A DNA stretch of 64,000 nucleotides, from positions 701-64,700 of the forward strand of contig CAZBGZ010000001.1 of NCBI GenBank assembly GCA_964491925.1. Direction: 5' to 3'. Below, in pieces: positions 51,428-61,695 of this stretch (position 1 is the stretch's first letter; every line of letters begins with the position of its first letter). The DNA is from an uncultured Candidatus Saccharibacteria bacterium. Its GTDB lineage: Bacteria > Patescibacteriota > Saccharimonadia > Saccharimonadales > JAGQNJ01. Under the pieces are notes generated by a model. The model worked only from the letters and a program-made list of their open reading frames with translations. It searched no databases and had not been told where the DNA came from. Made by a program: the position numbers and the translations under genes.

Positions 51428-52081
51428 TTGATATTAATGAAGCTGCTTATGCTAAAACCGGAACGATTTACCCCGTTAGAAGTAAGGAATACATACAATA
51501 AAACGAGTTTACATCAATCTCTAAAGGGATTTACATTAATCGAAATCCTTATTGTTGTAATAGTCCTAGGCACACTCGCCGCAATAGGTTATGGTACTCT
51601 GGCCCAAAAATGGAAAAATAAGGCCTATTACACACGTGGAATAGCAGAGCTCAACGCAATGGGTAACGCTGCAAATCTGTACGTTGCAAAATACAACGAC
51701 TACCCTGCTGACGTTTCTAGAAATATTCCCTCAGACCTAAAAGAGTTTGTTCAGGGTCAAGAAAATATAGATGCATGGCCTGCTGCACCATGGCCAGGTA
51801 GCGTATATGATTATGACAACTGGCCACCAGATGCTAATGGTCCAAATCAGACTTATCAAATTAGTGTCAGAATGTGCAACCCCGGTGACACAGCCACTTG
51901 TAATAAAAATGCAAAAAAATATTTGTCCGAATACGTATCAACAGCCACCCTCAATGCTTGGGACTCTAATAGTGCCGTGTATTACTGCATCAAGGGGTCC
52001 TGTCGATCACATCAGTCCATGCCAATGAACCACCCAGGATATTGCATCAATTGTGGTACGAGTAAAACCAAAGTGTTTTAG
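51428..52081 (+). CDS. type IV pilin-like protein
   Basis: LKG|FTLIEILIVVIVLGTLAAIGY prepilin motif. The true start may be the ATG at 51449. Confidence 0.7.
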   Translation: MILMKLLMLKPERFTPLEVRNTYNKTSLHQSLKGFTLIEILIVVIVLGTLAAIGYGTLAQKWKNKAYYTRGIAELNAMGNAANLYVAKYNDYPADVSRNIPSDLKEFVQGQENIDAWPAAPWPGSVYDYDNWPPDANGPNQTYQISVRMCNPGDTATCNKNAKKYLSEYVSTATLNAWDSNSAVYYCIKGSCRSHQSMPMNHPGYCINCGTSKTKVF

Positions 52082-52136
52082 AAATTTATAAACTAGCTCT
52101 CTGTAACGGTTATGTCTATAATGGAGTTCGTACATT

Positions 52137-53954
52137 ATGCGTATATCTGATGCACTAGTCGAGAAATTGCTTCTTGACGCTAAAAAAACAACCAAAGAAC
52201 AACTAAACAAACTCCGTGAAGAAGCAGCGGTTGATAAAAGCACGCTTCAAAGTGTGGTTATTAAAAATAACCTAATTACTGAAAAAGACCTTACGAGATT
52301 GTATTCCAAAGAGGCTGATGTTCCATTTATTGACCTAAATCCAAAAGAAATTAAACGGGAAATATTGCACCTTATTCCCGAACGCATCGCTAGACAGTAC
52401 GGAGCAGTAGTTTATGACGTAGATGAGGATGGCAATAAGTTGCTCGCGATGGAAGATCCAGATGACATCCAAGCTTTTAATTTTTTGCAAAAGCAGCTAG
52501 GAACCAACGTAAAGGTAGCGGTGGCTAGTAGCTCAAGTATTCAGGCATCGATAGATCAATACAAAGGCAATATCGATAGTGAGTTGACGAAAGTTATTTC
52601 AACAGAGGAAAAAGAAGAAACTGACTCAGAAGATGATATTAGCGAAGAGGACGTTGCCGAAGATTCACCGATTGCTCAAACTGTTAATCTATTAATTGAG
52701 TATGCAGTCAAAGCTGGGGCAAGTGACATACACATAGAGCCAAGAGAAAACAATGTCATTGTCCGCTACCGAATTGATGGAATTTTAAGAGAGGCCAACA
52801 AATTACCTAAAAAAGTAATTGGCGCACTGATATCGAGGATAAAAATATTGGCAAACCTAAAAATTGACGAGCATCGTGCTCCGCAAGATGGCCGTTTCAA
52901 AATAGCGGTTAGTGGCCAGGTGTTTGCTCTGCGTGTATCCACGCTACCTATCATGGATGGAGAAAAGGTTGTTATGCGTATTCTGAACGAGTCTAGCAAG
53001 GCACTCACATTAGAAGAACTAGGTTATTGGGGCCATTCCTTGCAAGCTGTCAATCGTGCTATTGTCCAGCCCTATGGGATGATTCTTGTTACGGGTCCAA
53101 CTGGGTCAGGAAAATCCACTAGCCTTTTCAGTATTCTAAATAGCCTCAGTAGCCCCAAAGTTAACATCTCTACTGTTGAAGATCCCGTAGAGTACAGAAT
53201 TGGAGGGGCAAACCAAACCCAGGTAAATCCCGTCGCTGGAATGACATTTGTGAATGGATTGCGCGCACTCCTACGCCAAGACCCGAACATTATCATGGTA
53301 GGAGAGGTACGCGATGGCGAAACAGCCAACCTGGCAGTACAAGCTGCCCTTACTGGCCACTTAGTGTTTTCTACCCTTCACACTAATAACGCCGCGACTA
53401 CCCTGCCAAGATTGTTAGACATGAATGTCGAACCGTTCTTGATTGCAAGCACCGTTAGGGCGGTTATAGGACAAAGACTGGTTAGACGCCTTTGTGTGGA
53501 CTGTCGACAAGTATACCAGCCGGACGAAGCCACACTCAAACAAATCGCAACTATTTTTCATACTGATAATCCTGAAGTAATGGCCAGAATAAATGAATTG
53601 GAAAAAGTCGCTCTGGAAGCCGGAATAGGAAAAACAAATTCTAGTAATGCCAATCAAGAAGACAGTAGTATTTTAGGGTCTACTAACACCAACATTACAA
53701 AACTATGGAAAGCCCGCGATGGTGGCTGTGATAGCTGCAACCAAAGCGGATACAAGGGACGAATGGGCATTTACGAGGTGCTAGAAAGCACTAGCGAACT
53801 GCAAAAACTCGTCGTCGGCAATGGTACTAGTGATGTAATCCAGAGCCAAGCCATAAAAGACGGTATGGTCACAATGCAAATAGATGGATTCATAAAAGCC
53901 CTAAGGGGACAAACTTCTGTCGAAGAGATATTGCGAGTAACTACGGAATCATAA
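52137..53954 (+). CDS. pilB: type IV pilus assembly ATPase (GspE/PilB family)
   Basis: N-terminal T2SSE_N-like domain, Walker A GPTGSGKSTS, a His box, and a CxxC...CDSC zinc motif. Confidence 0.9.
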   Translation: MRISDALVEKLLLDAKKTTKEQLNKLREEAAVDKSTLQSVVIKNNLITEKDLTRLYSKEADVPFIDLNPKEIKREILHLIPERIARQYGAVVYDVDEDGNKLLAMEDPDDIQAFNFLQKQLGTNVKVAVASSSSIQASIDQYKGNIDSELTKVISTEEKEETDSEDDISEEDVAEDSPIAQTVNLLIEYAVKAGASDIHIEPRENNVIVRYRIDGILREANKLPKKVIGALISRIKILANLKIDEHRAPQDGRFKIAVSGQVFALRVSTLPIMDGEKVVMRILNESSKALTLEELGYWGHSLQAVNRAIVQPYGMILVTGPTGSGKSTSLFSILNSLSSPKVNISTVEDPVEYRIGGANQTQVNPVAGMTFVNGLRALLRQDPNIIMVGEVRDGETANLAVQAALTGHLVFSTLHTNNAATTLPRLLDMNVEPFLIASTVRAVIGQRLVRRLCVDCRQVYQPDEATLKQIATIFHTDNPEVMARINELEKVALEAGIGKTNSSNANQEDSSILGSTNTNITKLWKARDGGCDSCNQSGYKGRMGIYEVLESTSELQKLVVGNGTSDVIQSQAIKDGMVTMQIDGFIKALRGQTSVEEILRVTTES

Positions 53955-53957
53955 ATT

Positions 53958-55184
53958 ATGGCACGATTTACATACACAGCGACAAAGGATGAGAAAACAA
54001 TACACGGCGCCGTCGAAGGAGCAGATAAGAATTCTGTTATTGCTAGTCTGCGCAAACAAAACATTGTTCCATTGGTAGTAAAACAAGATGCCACTGGAAA
54101 GAGTTTTTTGAAGGGCTTTGGAAGATCAAAGAAAGTCAAAGTAAAGGACCTGGCCGTATTTACCAGACAGCTATCGACTATGGTATCTGCGGGAGTTCCA
54201 CTGAATCGGTCTTTGAATACACTGCAAGAACAAACAAAAAGTAAATTTTTTCAAAAAGCCATTGGTAGCATATCCAAAGACGTTGAAGGCGGAGCGCCAC
54301 TAGCAGACGCTTTTGGAAAATTTCCCACAATCTTTTCCGATGTTTACGTTAATATGGTTCGTGCTGGTGAAGCCGGAGGAATACTAGACGATATCCTGAA
54401 ACGCTTGGCACTACAAATAGAGCGCGACTCTAGTATGCGAAAGCGTGTAAAAAGCGCAATGGCCTACCCTGTCGTTATTTTAACGGTTACTGTTATAGGA
54501 TTTTTCGGAATTATGATCTTTATTATTCCAAAATTGGGCAAAATCATTAAAGACATTGGTGGTGAAAATGCCAGACTTCCAATTTACACAGAAGTTATGC
54601 TGTCGTTAAGTAATTTCATGCAAGACAACGCCGTTATTATAGTGGTGGTATCTGTAGCCACGACCATACTAGTTCGACGCTACATTAAAACCCCAAAGGG
54701 AAAATACAAATTTCACGAGTTACTGCTTAAAATACCCGTCATCAACACAATAATCACAAAGGTTGCTATAGCTAGGTTTGCAAGAACTTTTTCATCACTA
54801 ATGTCATCTGGTGTAGGGGTTTTGGATGCGTTGGAAGTAACTGGTGGGTCAATCGGCAATAAAGTGATCGAACAGGAACTAAAAGATGCCGCAAAGGAAG
54901 TCAAAAATGGTAAACAATTATCGGAACCCTTGAGTAAAAGCAAACATTTCCCAACTATCGTTTCTCAAATGTTGGCAGTTGGAGAAGAAAGTGGCCAAAT
55001 AGACACTATCCTAATAAAAGTTGCCGATTTTTACGAAGAAGAAGTAGAGACAGCAATTGATGGCATGAGTTCAATAATTGAGCCCGTCATGATTATTATT
55101 TTGGGCGCTGTCGTAGGCGTTATTGCAGCCAGTGTGATGGGACCAATTGCAAACCTCAGTAAGACAGCTGGTGGTGGAAATTAA
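53958..55184 (+). CDS. pilC: type IV pilus platform protein (GspF/PilC family)
   Basis: 408 aa. Two T2SSF repeats with three TM segments. Confidence 0.9.
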   Translation: MARFTYTATKDEKTIHGAVEGADKNSVIASLRKQNIVPLVVKQDATGKSFLKGFGRSKKVKVKDLAVFTRQLSTMVSAGVPLNRSLNTLQEQTKSKFFQKAIGSISKDVEGGAPLADAFGKFPTIFSDVYVNMVRAGEAGGILDDILKRLALQIERDSSMRKRVKSAMAYPVVILTVTVIGFFGIMIFIIPKLGKIIKDIGGENARLPIYTEVMLSLSNFMQDNAVIIVVVSVATTILVRRYIKTPKGKYKFHELLLKIPVINTIITKVAIARFARTFSSLMSSGVGVLDALEVTGGSIGNKVIEQELKDAAKEVKNGKQLSEPLSKSKHFPTIVSQMLAVGEESGQIDTILIKVADFYEEEVETAIDGMSSIIEPVMIIILGAVVGVIAASVMGPIANLSKTAGGGN

Positions 55185-55201
55185 GCAATATAAATTAATG
55201 C

Positions 55202-55229
55202 TTGACCACTTGACGCTTATGGTTATAAT
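55202..55229 (+). promoter_or_regulatory. strong sigma70-like promoter TTGACC-N16-TATAAT upstream of the major pilin gene
   Basis: Hexamers at 55202-07 and 55224-29. A GAAGGAGGGTGGG SD precedes the ATG at 55314. Confidence 0.55.
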
Positions 55230-55313
55230 AATGATTAGCTAGGTTTGCCTCTAAAGCGACCAAATGCGTAAGTATATAAAATAACAAAACAATATGAAGG
55301 AGGGTGGGTCCCA

Positions 55314-55760
55314 ATGATCTCACTAAAACGTAAAGAAAGCGGTTTCACAATTATAGAACTTTTGATTGTGATTATCGTTATAGGTATTCTTGCTACTCTT
55401 GTAATAACTACATTTAGTGGAATACAAAGAAATGCAAGAGACAGAACTCGTGAGGCAGATATCAACGCTTTGCACAGCCAAATTGAGTACTACTACGGCC
55501 AAAACGGCACGTACCCAACGCTTGCAAACCTAAATGACGCTACATGGCGTTCAACAAACCTAAAAGGTTTGGACTCTGAGGCTCTAAAAGATCCTAAGGG
55601 AGCTAGCGCAACATTAGTTGCAACACCTGCATCAAGTGCATACTCGTATGCAGTGACACCTGCAAACTGTGACAATGGTAGTGCTGGCGACTGTACAGCT
55701 TATGTTCTTACAGCAACCTACGAAGGTGGCGGAACATTCGTAAAGAATAGCTTGAACTAA
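55314..55760 (+). CDS. pilA: major type IV pilin candidate
   Basis: Short leader MISLKRKESG|FTIIELLIVIIVIGILATL. Has its own strong promoter, SD and terminator. Confidence 0.8.
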   Translation: MISLKRKESGFTIIELLIVIIVIGILATLVITTFSGIQRNARDRTREADINALHSQIEYYYGQNGTYPTLANLNDATWRSTNLKGLDSEALKDPKGASATLVATPASSAYSYAVTPANCDNGSAGDCTAYVLTATYEGGGTFVKNSLN

Positions 55761-55783
55761 AACAGATAAAGCTACAAAATAAC

Positions 55784-55815
55784 AAAAGGCGGCTCAAAAT
55801 AGGCCGTCTTTTGTT
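55784..55815 (+). terminator. Rho-independent terminator after the major pilin gene
   Basis: 10-bp stem AAAAGGCGGC/GCCGTCTTTT (one G.U pair) with a 9-nt loop and a U-rich 3' side. Confidence 0.55.
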
Positions 55816-55874
55816 ATGCAAAAGTACTATGCAGTACCATTTACCACGGGCAAGAGATATAATACGAACTAAGC

Positions 55875-56297
55875 ATGAGCATAAATAATTATTCCGATAA
55901 GGGATTTGCCATAGTTGAGCTACTAGTAACGATTGTTACGATCGGCATTATTTTTAGCGCGTTTATGACAACTTTTACGACTATCCAAAATATTAACAAA
56001 AAAGCTAGTGATGTTCAGAAAGCCAATTCGCTGGCGTTTGAAAAAACCCAAACTTATGAAAATAAATCTTTTTCATCCATTCCTGTATTCACCCCTTACG
56101 GTACGCTAAATGAAGTAGAAGATTTTAGTAGTCAGATCCCCAGTACCGTACATCCACCAAGATCGGGGAAAGTCTATGTTAGCACCATTTCGCCAACTCT
56201 GAAACAAGTTATCGTTTGGTTAGAATATGGACAGGGTAATGCTAAACAGACAATACAGTACTCAAACCTAATCCAACGAAACGGAGTTGGGCGATGA
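55875..56297 (+). CDS. minor pilin / pseudopilin
   Basis: SDKG|FAIVELLVTIVTIGIIF. Confidence 0.65.
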   Translation: MSINNYSDKGFAIVELLVTIVTIGIIFSAFMTTFTTIQNINKKASDVQKANSLAFEKTQTYENKSFSSIPVFTPYGTLNEVEDFSSQIPSTVHPPRSGKVYVSTISPTLKQVIVWLEYGQGNAKQTIQYSNLIQRNGVGR

Positions 56298-57022
56298 AAA
56301 AGTTAAGTAAGCTCAACCAAATAGGCTTCACTCTAATAGAGCTATTGGTGGTCGCTCCCGTAATGATTCTAACTATTATCATAATGATGAGTTTCTTATT
56401 TAATCAGTACGGCCAATTGACTCAAGAAGGCGCTAGACTAAAGTTGGTAACAAATGCTCAGATAATTACTCTAAACATCGAGGATGATGTATATCTGGCG
56501 TCCTCTTTTGCTAGTCTGATGAATAATAATCTTCAAGATAGTTACGCACCTTCTGGGGGCTGGAAATATAATACAACACCCCAAACTTTTATCATTTCAG
56601 CTGTGGCACTAACAACCAACAGCCGCAACCCAGCCCGAAAACCAGTCTATATTAACAGCGCTGGCTGTGACCCATCTGTACTAGAGAATAATTCCGAACT
56701 CCAGAATAACATCATTTATTTTGTTCAGGGTACCAAATTGTACAAGAGAATATTGACAGCGCCGCCTAGCCTACAGACTTGCGGCACCAGCTACGAAAAA
56801 CAAACATGTCCTAGTGCAAACGTAACTGCGACTTGCCCAACCGACAAAATGATGACAGATAAATTAAATAGTTTTAGTATTACGTACTACGATACTTCAG
56901 GCGCGGTTACCACGGTGCCTGAGCAGGCCCAAAAAGTAAAAATATCGGTCCAATTAAAAGATAAAGCTTTTGCCGAAGACGTTTATGGCGAGGCGAATAT
57001 AACCGTGAAGAAGTTAAACTAA
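56294..57022 (+). CDS. minor pilin (PilW-like)
   Basis: NQIG|FTLIELLVVAPVMIL. Has a 4-nt overlap with the upstream gene. Confidence 0.65.
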   Translation: MKKLSKLNQIGFTLIELLVVAPVMILTIIIMMSFLFNQYGQLTQEGARLKLVTNAQIITLNIEDDVYLASSFASLMNNNLQDSYAPSGGWKYNTTPQTFIISAVALTTNSRNPARKPVYINSAGCDPSVLENNSELQNNIIYFVQGTKLYKRILTAPPSLQTCGTSYEKQTCPSANVTATCPTDKMMTDKLNSFSITYYDTSGAVTTVPEQAQKVKISVQLKDKAFAEDVYGEANITVKKLN

Positions 57023-57023
57023 T

Positions 57024-58940
57024 ATGTTTCGAAATCGATCAACTAACAAATCATCGCAACAAAGGGGTTTCGTACTACCGACTGTGATAATTTTAACGCT
57101 AGTAATGTCTTTTGTAGCATACGCAGCTCTATTACAATCAAACAATAATCTGAATATTTCATACAAACAATCGTACATTCAGATTGCGCGTGTAGCATCT
57201 AAATCGGCAATAGATTATGCGCAAGAGCAATTCGATAATGCTCCTTGTGGCAACTACAGCGGCTCCGCCGAACAAACCCTTATGTCGAATAGCAGATATC
57301 GAGTAACCGTGAAATCAGAAGTTATTGATACATCTTCTGACGGTTATGAAAAGACAATAAAAGGAACGGGAGCAGTATACCTTCCGCACACGTCCACTAC
57401 TGCCAAGTATGTTTTTGATATTAAGTCTCAAATTGTTCGTACATATGCTCTATGTAAAACTCCGGGCGATTTTAACCCGACATTATGGCTAGACGCAAGT
57501 GACTCCCCGACACTGTTGAAGGGTGGAACGGCGACAACAAATACGATCACCTATACCACCAACTATGGCTCTATATTTGATAGCAGCCGAGACACTCTTA
57601 AAGAAAGAGCAGATGATGGCTCCCAGCCCCTTTTGGCGTGGCAGAGTCGCGCATTAGATATGCATACATGCAACACTTCGGAGTTTATTAGCGCGTTAAT
57701 ATGTGTGCTTAGCGGAACCAAATATTTATATGATGGGGCAGTGTTTCAGAATGTCAATCTGCCCAAAAACAGCACTATTACATCGGCAAATTTGCAATTT
57801 ACGGGATGCAATGCTTCTGGTGGTTGTAGTAGTGGTAATGTCGGCGGGAGTGTAACGCATCGAACCTACGGTCTTTACAATACTGCATCCAACCCCAACC
57901 TTGGTATGTTTACTTCGTCTGGTGTAAACCAGCTTAGGAGTCGTTTATCAGATCCTAACCTCCATACCAATGCATACAGCGATACAACTACAACAAACTT
58001 CCCTCCTGGTAATACTACTAACTTTAACGTAACAAATGTGGTCCAAGAGATGGTCAACAATCCAAATTGGGCCCCCGGGAATATGGGATTCGGTATAAAA
58101 CGACAAAGCGGGTCCGGGTCTAGGCGAGCAGATAAAAATGGGATAAAACTTGTTATAACCTATACCACCGTCGGTGCCACCACCCAGGCAAATAACGGAG
58201 ACTCCGTATCTGAGTGGCATGATAAATCTGGTAATGGTAATCACGCAATAACTACCCACGGAACTGCCCCAATCCGAATAGACAACCAGATCAATGGCAA
58301 GCCTATTGTACGTTTTGCTGGGGGAGATATGCTTAGTAGCCTAACAAACGCTCTCTCTGGCAAACGCGACATGTCTGCCGCTGTCGTTATTAAACCTAAT
58401 TTTAGTTCATCGTCGGCTGATGCTCGATTGATATCCGGCATGGACAGTAACTACACGAACGATACAGCTGGGACACACAGCATCATACCCCTGCTCAGGT
58501 ATGGTTCAGGTAGTGGGTTCAGCAGTGTTTATGCAAGCCTTACCGCCGGTAACCGCTTGGATTACACATGTGGTGCTAGCTGCGCCAATCAGCCATATCT
58601 CATCGGTGCGGGCTTTACGTCACAAAACACATCCAATACACTCAGCACCCTGAAAGGTAACGGTGCTATGCTTACAAACAAAATAGTCAGCCCGACTACT
58701 GCTTCACCCCCTTACACCTATTCTATTGACCAACTTTACATTGGAGGAAATAGGAGCGGGGCCATGCCAGGGACAGGCACTAACTACATGTATGGTGATT
58801 TTGCAGAGATAATAGTTTATGATCACGTTATCACATGTCGAGAGGGCGAAGCCATAGAAGAGTACCTTCGGGCAAAATGGAATATTTATAGCGCGCCAGC
58901 CTCTACTTCATGCCCTGAAGATACCGTACCAACACTTTAG
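57024..58940 (+). CDS. large pilus-associated protein with a PilX-like N-terminus and a LamG/ConA-like domain (tip adhesin candidate)
   Basis: QQRGFVLPTVIILTLVMSF (no E at +5). HDKSGNGNHAITTHG...GKPIVRFAG is typical of LamG_3-type lectin folds. Confidence 0.5.
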   Translation: MFRNRSTNKSSQQRGFVLPTVIILTLVMSFVAYAALLQSNNNLNISYKQSYIQIARVASKSAIDYAQEQFDNAPCGNYSGSAEQTLMSNSRYRVTVKSEVIDTSSDGYEKTIKGTGAVYLPHTSTTAKYVFDIKSQIVRTYALCKTPGDFNPTLWLDASDSPTLLKGGTATTNTITYTTNYGSIFDSSRDTLKERADDGSQPLLAWQSRALDMHTCNTSEFISALICVLSGTKYLYDGAVFQNVNLPKNSTITSANLQFTGCNASGGCSSGNVGGSVTHRTYGLYNTASNPNLGMFTSSGVNQLRSRLSDPNLHTNAYSDTTTTNFPPGNTTNFNVTNVVQEMVNNPNWAPGNMGFGIKRQSGSGSRRADKNGIKLVITYTTVGATTQANNGDSVSEWHDKSGNGNHAITTHGTAPIRIDNQINGKPIVRFAGGDMLSSLTNALSGKRDMSAAVVIKPNFSSSSADARLISGMDSNYTNDTAGTHSIIPLLRYGSGSGFSSVYASLTAGNRLDYTCGASCANQPYLIGAGFTSQNTSNTLSTLKGNGAMLTNKIVSPTTASPPYTYSIDQLYIGGNRSGAMPGTGTNYMYGDFAEIIVYDHVITCREGEAIEEYLRAKWNIYSAPASTSCPEDTVPTL

Positions 58941-59007
58941 AACCTTATATATATCAGACTCTTATTTTGATATACTAAAAACATAGAAACGCTAAAGCTT
59001 AAAAACG

Positions 59008-60087
59008 TTGGCGATTAAATACATGAATAATACCTATTTTTACAATGACAAGCCACTTTTTGGCCTAGACATAGGATTCAAGACAGCCAAAGTCATGCAG
59101 CTAAATCCTGCTAGCGACAACAAATACACAGTCAGTGGTTATGGGGTAGCTAATTTTGATGAATCTGCTGTTAGAAACGGCATGATTGTTGACTATGAAA
59201 AAATAGCCAGAAGTATACAACAAATGTTTGAAACAGACCTGGTCGGTGAAATAAACACTAGACGGGTTGCATTCTCTGTGCCAGCCTCCCGGACATTTAG
59301 CCGCATTCTCACCCTACCCTTACTGGCCAAGAAAGATTTAACAGAAGCCGTAAAACTCGAAGCAGAACAGTACATACCCGTACCTATCGATGATTTGTAC
59401 ATAGACCATACCATTATCAAGAAAGATAACAAGAACACAGACGTACTAGCAGTTGCGGTTCCGAAAAAAATTGTAGATTCTTATCTATTACTAGCGAAAT
59501 TATTAGGCCTAGATGCGGTTGTCATGGAAACAACTACTGGAGCTACTGACAGGTTATTCAGATACACTGATCAGCATAATGTGCCTTCTGTTTTAATTGA
59601 TTTTGGTTCTGTTTCGGCAGATATTTCTGTATATGACCAACATTTAGCTGTGACTGGGACCGTACCCGGTGGTGGCGATGATATAACTGGACTAATTGCT
59701 GAAAAGTTAAATGTCACCAAAGACGAAGCTCACTTAATAAAAATAAAATATGGTCTTAGCGTTAGCAAAAAACAAGCACAGGTCCAAGAAGCTTTGGCAC
59801 CATTGTTACAAAAAACGATCAAAGAAATTAAACGGATGATCCGCTATCACGAGGAAAGATCAGAAAAACATGGGAAAATCGAGCAAATCGTAACGTTTGG
59901 TGGTGGCGCAAATGTGCCTGGTTTAAGTGAATACCTCATTGACAACCTCCGTGTCCCTGTTAGGGCCTGCGACCCCTGGAACAATATAGCTTTCAAGAAT
60001 CTAGAGCCTCCAAGCCCAGTCGAAAGATCAATGTACATTACTGCTGCTAGCTTGGCATTAATCAAGCCACAGGAAATTTTTGTATGA
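59008..60087 (+). CDS. pilM: type IV pilus assembly protein PilM (actin-like ATPase)
   Basis: GLDIGFKTAKVMQL, LIDFGSVSADISVY and FGGGANVPGL. Confidence 0.8.
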   Translation: MAIKYMNNTYFYNDKPLFGLDIGFKTAKVMQLNPASDNKYTVSGYGVANFDESAVRNGMIVDYEKIARSIQQMFETDLVGEINTRRVAFSVPASRTFSRILTLPLLAKKDLTEAVKLEAEQYIPVPIDDLYIDHTIIKKDNKNTDVLAVAVPKKIVDSYLLLAKLLGLDAVVMETTTGATDRLFRYTDQHNVPSVLIDFGSVSADISVYDQHLAVTGTVPGGGDDITGLIAEKLNVTKDEAHLIKIKYGLSVSKKQAQVQEALAPLLQKTIKEIKRMIRYHEERSEKHGKIEQIVTFGGGANVPGLSEYLIDNLRVPVRACDPWNNIAFKNLEPPSPVERSMYITAASLALIKPQEIFV

Positions 60088-60689
60088 TAAATCTCATTCC
60101 GAATAATCTCAAAGAAGATATTATATTTGCTCGGCGCAATACTTTTCTGCTTCGCGCTTCTGTCGGAATAATAGGGGTGATCATAGGGGGGTTGCTAATC
60201 ATTGGGGCTGGAAATTTGTATTTGGCTAACGAGACAAAAAGCTTCAATAAAGCAGCAGAGCAAACAGCAGTAGCACTTGAGGCCCAGGATTTAACAGCTA
60301 CAAAAACCCGGATCAAAGAACTATCTAATGGACTAAAATTAATACTTCAAGTATTGTCAAAAGAAATTCTTTTCTCCAAGCTTTTAAAACAGGCTGGGGC
60401 AGTTATGCCAGAAGGGTCTGTGCTTTCTACAATTGAAATAAGTGAAGTCGAAGGAGGTATAGATATTAATGCGTTTGCTAAAGATTATCAGACAGCAACG
60501 CAAGTACAACTGAACCTCGCCGATCCGCAGAATAAGTTGTTTGAAAAAGTAGATATCGTTCAGGTAACTTGCTACAAACACGCACAAGAGGGCAGCCCTT
60601 ATCCTTGCAGCGTGGGGCTCAGGGCACTTTTTGCAGACAATAACCCATATTTGTTCATAAATAACAAAACAAAAGAGGCAATAAAATGA
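60084..60689 (+). CDS. PilN-like bitopic pilus alignment protein
   Basis: MINLIPNNLKE.. followed by a single TM helix. Position after pilM, with a 4-nt overlap. Confidence 0.55.
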   Translation: MINLIPNNLKEDIIFARRNTFLLRASVGIIGVIIGGLLIIGAGNLYLANETKSFNKAAEQTAVALEAQDLTATKTRIKELSNGLKLILQVLSKEILFSKLLKQAGAVMPEGSVLSTIEISEVEGGIDINAFAKDYQTATQVQLNLADPQNKLFEKVDIVQVTCYKHAQEGSPYPCSVGLRALFADNNPYLFINNKTKEAIK

Positions 60690-61348
60690 ACAGCAAAAAA
60701 GTATTCTTTGCTATGATTGGCCTCGTCAGTATACTTGCCGTTGTCGCTTTTTTAGTAATAATAGTTGGGAATTCTAGTCTTAAAAACCAATCAAAGAAAT
60801 TAATGGATGCGAAGTTAAAACAAAAAACATTGGTCGAACAACAAACAATGTTAGTAAAAGCCAAAAAGGATTTGGAGCAATACAAGGACTTAGAAAAACT
60901 ATCAAAAACCGTGGTTCCACAAGATAAAGATCAAGCCCGAGCAGTGCGAGAAATTGTAAAAATCGCCAGGCAGAGTGGAATATCAATCGAGGCCATAGGT
61001 TTCCCCGCCTCGTCGCTAGGCAGCAAAGCTCCAACTGCTGCACCACAATCCGGTAGTTCTAGTAGCCCTTCATCAGCCGAGCAATCTACACCTCAAAAAC
61101 CAAAAACATCGCCATTAACACAAGCTACTCCAGTAGTAGGGATTGACGGTGTCTATAGCATAGAGATGATAATAACCCCTGAAGCAAAAGCCGTGAACTA
61201 CTATACTTTCCTAGATTTTCTCAGCCGCCTAGAAAATAACAGACGCACTGCACATGTTAAAAAGATTACAATAAGTCCAGAGTCTACAAAAAAAACGTCA
61301 CCTAATGTTGAATTTGGACTAACATTAAATGTTTTCGTAAAGCCATGA
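60686..61348 (+). CDS. PilO-like pilus alignment protein
   Basis: N-terminal TM helix plus coiled coil. Called on position; has 4-nt overlaps on both sides. Confidence 0.45.
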   Translation: MNSKKVFFAMIGLVSILAVVAFLVIIVGNSSLKNQSKKLMDAKLKQKTLVEQQTMLVKAKKDLEQYKDLEKLSKTVVPQDKDQARAVREIVKIARQSGISIEAIGFPASSLGSKAPTAAPQSGSSSSPSSAEQSTPQKPKTSPLTQATPVVGIDGVYSIEMIITPEAKAVNYYTFLDFLSRLENNRRTAHVKKITISPESTKKTSPNVEFGLTLNVFVKP

Positions 61349-61662
61349 ATATGAAAGTAAATATGAACCTAGATATAAAAAACATAGCACCAAAACTATT
61401 GAGTGCTCTAGACAAGCTGAAAGAATACGCTGTTTTTATTGTTATACTCGTTGTCCTAGGTGCATATGGGTTCCTGGTACTAAGAATCAGATACTTTGCA
61501 TCACAGGAACCAGCAGATGCTGTGCTGACAGAGAAGGTCAACGAACTAAATGCACCCAGAATCGACAAAGATATAATTACAAAAATAGAAAAATTAGAAA
61601 GCTCAAATATAGAAGTTAAGACACTTTTTGACAAGGCAAGAGATAATCCATTCCAGGAATAG
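61345..61662 (+). CDS. hypothetical bitopic protein, last gene of the pilus operon
   Basis: 105 aa, one TM helix, 4-nt overlap with the upstream gene. Confidence 0.4.
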   Translation: MNMKVNMNLDIKNIAPKLLSALDKLKEYAVFIVILVVLGAYGFLVLRIRYFASQEPADAVLTEKVNELNAPRIDKDIITKIEKLESSNIEVKTLFDKARDNPFQE

Positions 61663-61695
61663 ATTGATTGCAAACACTTAAGTTTGATCTAGAAA

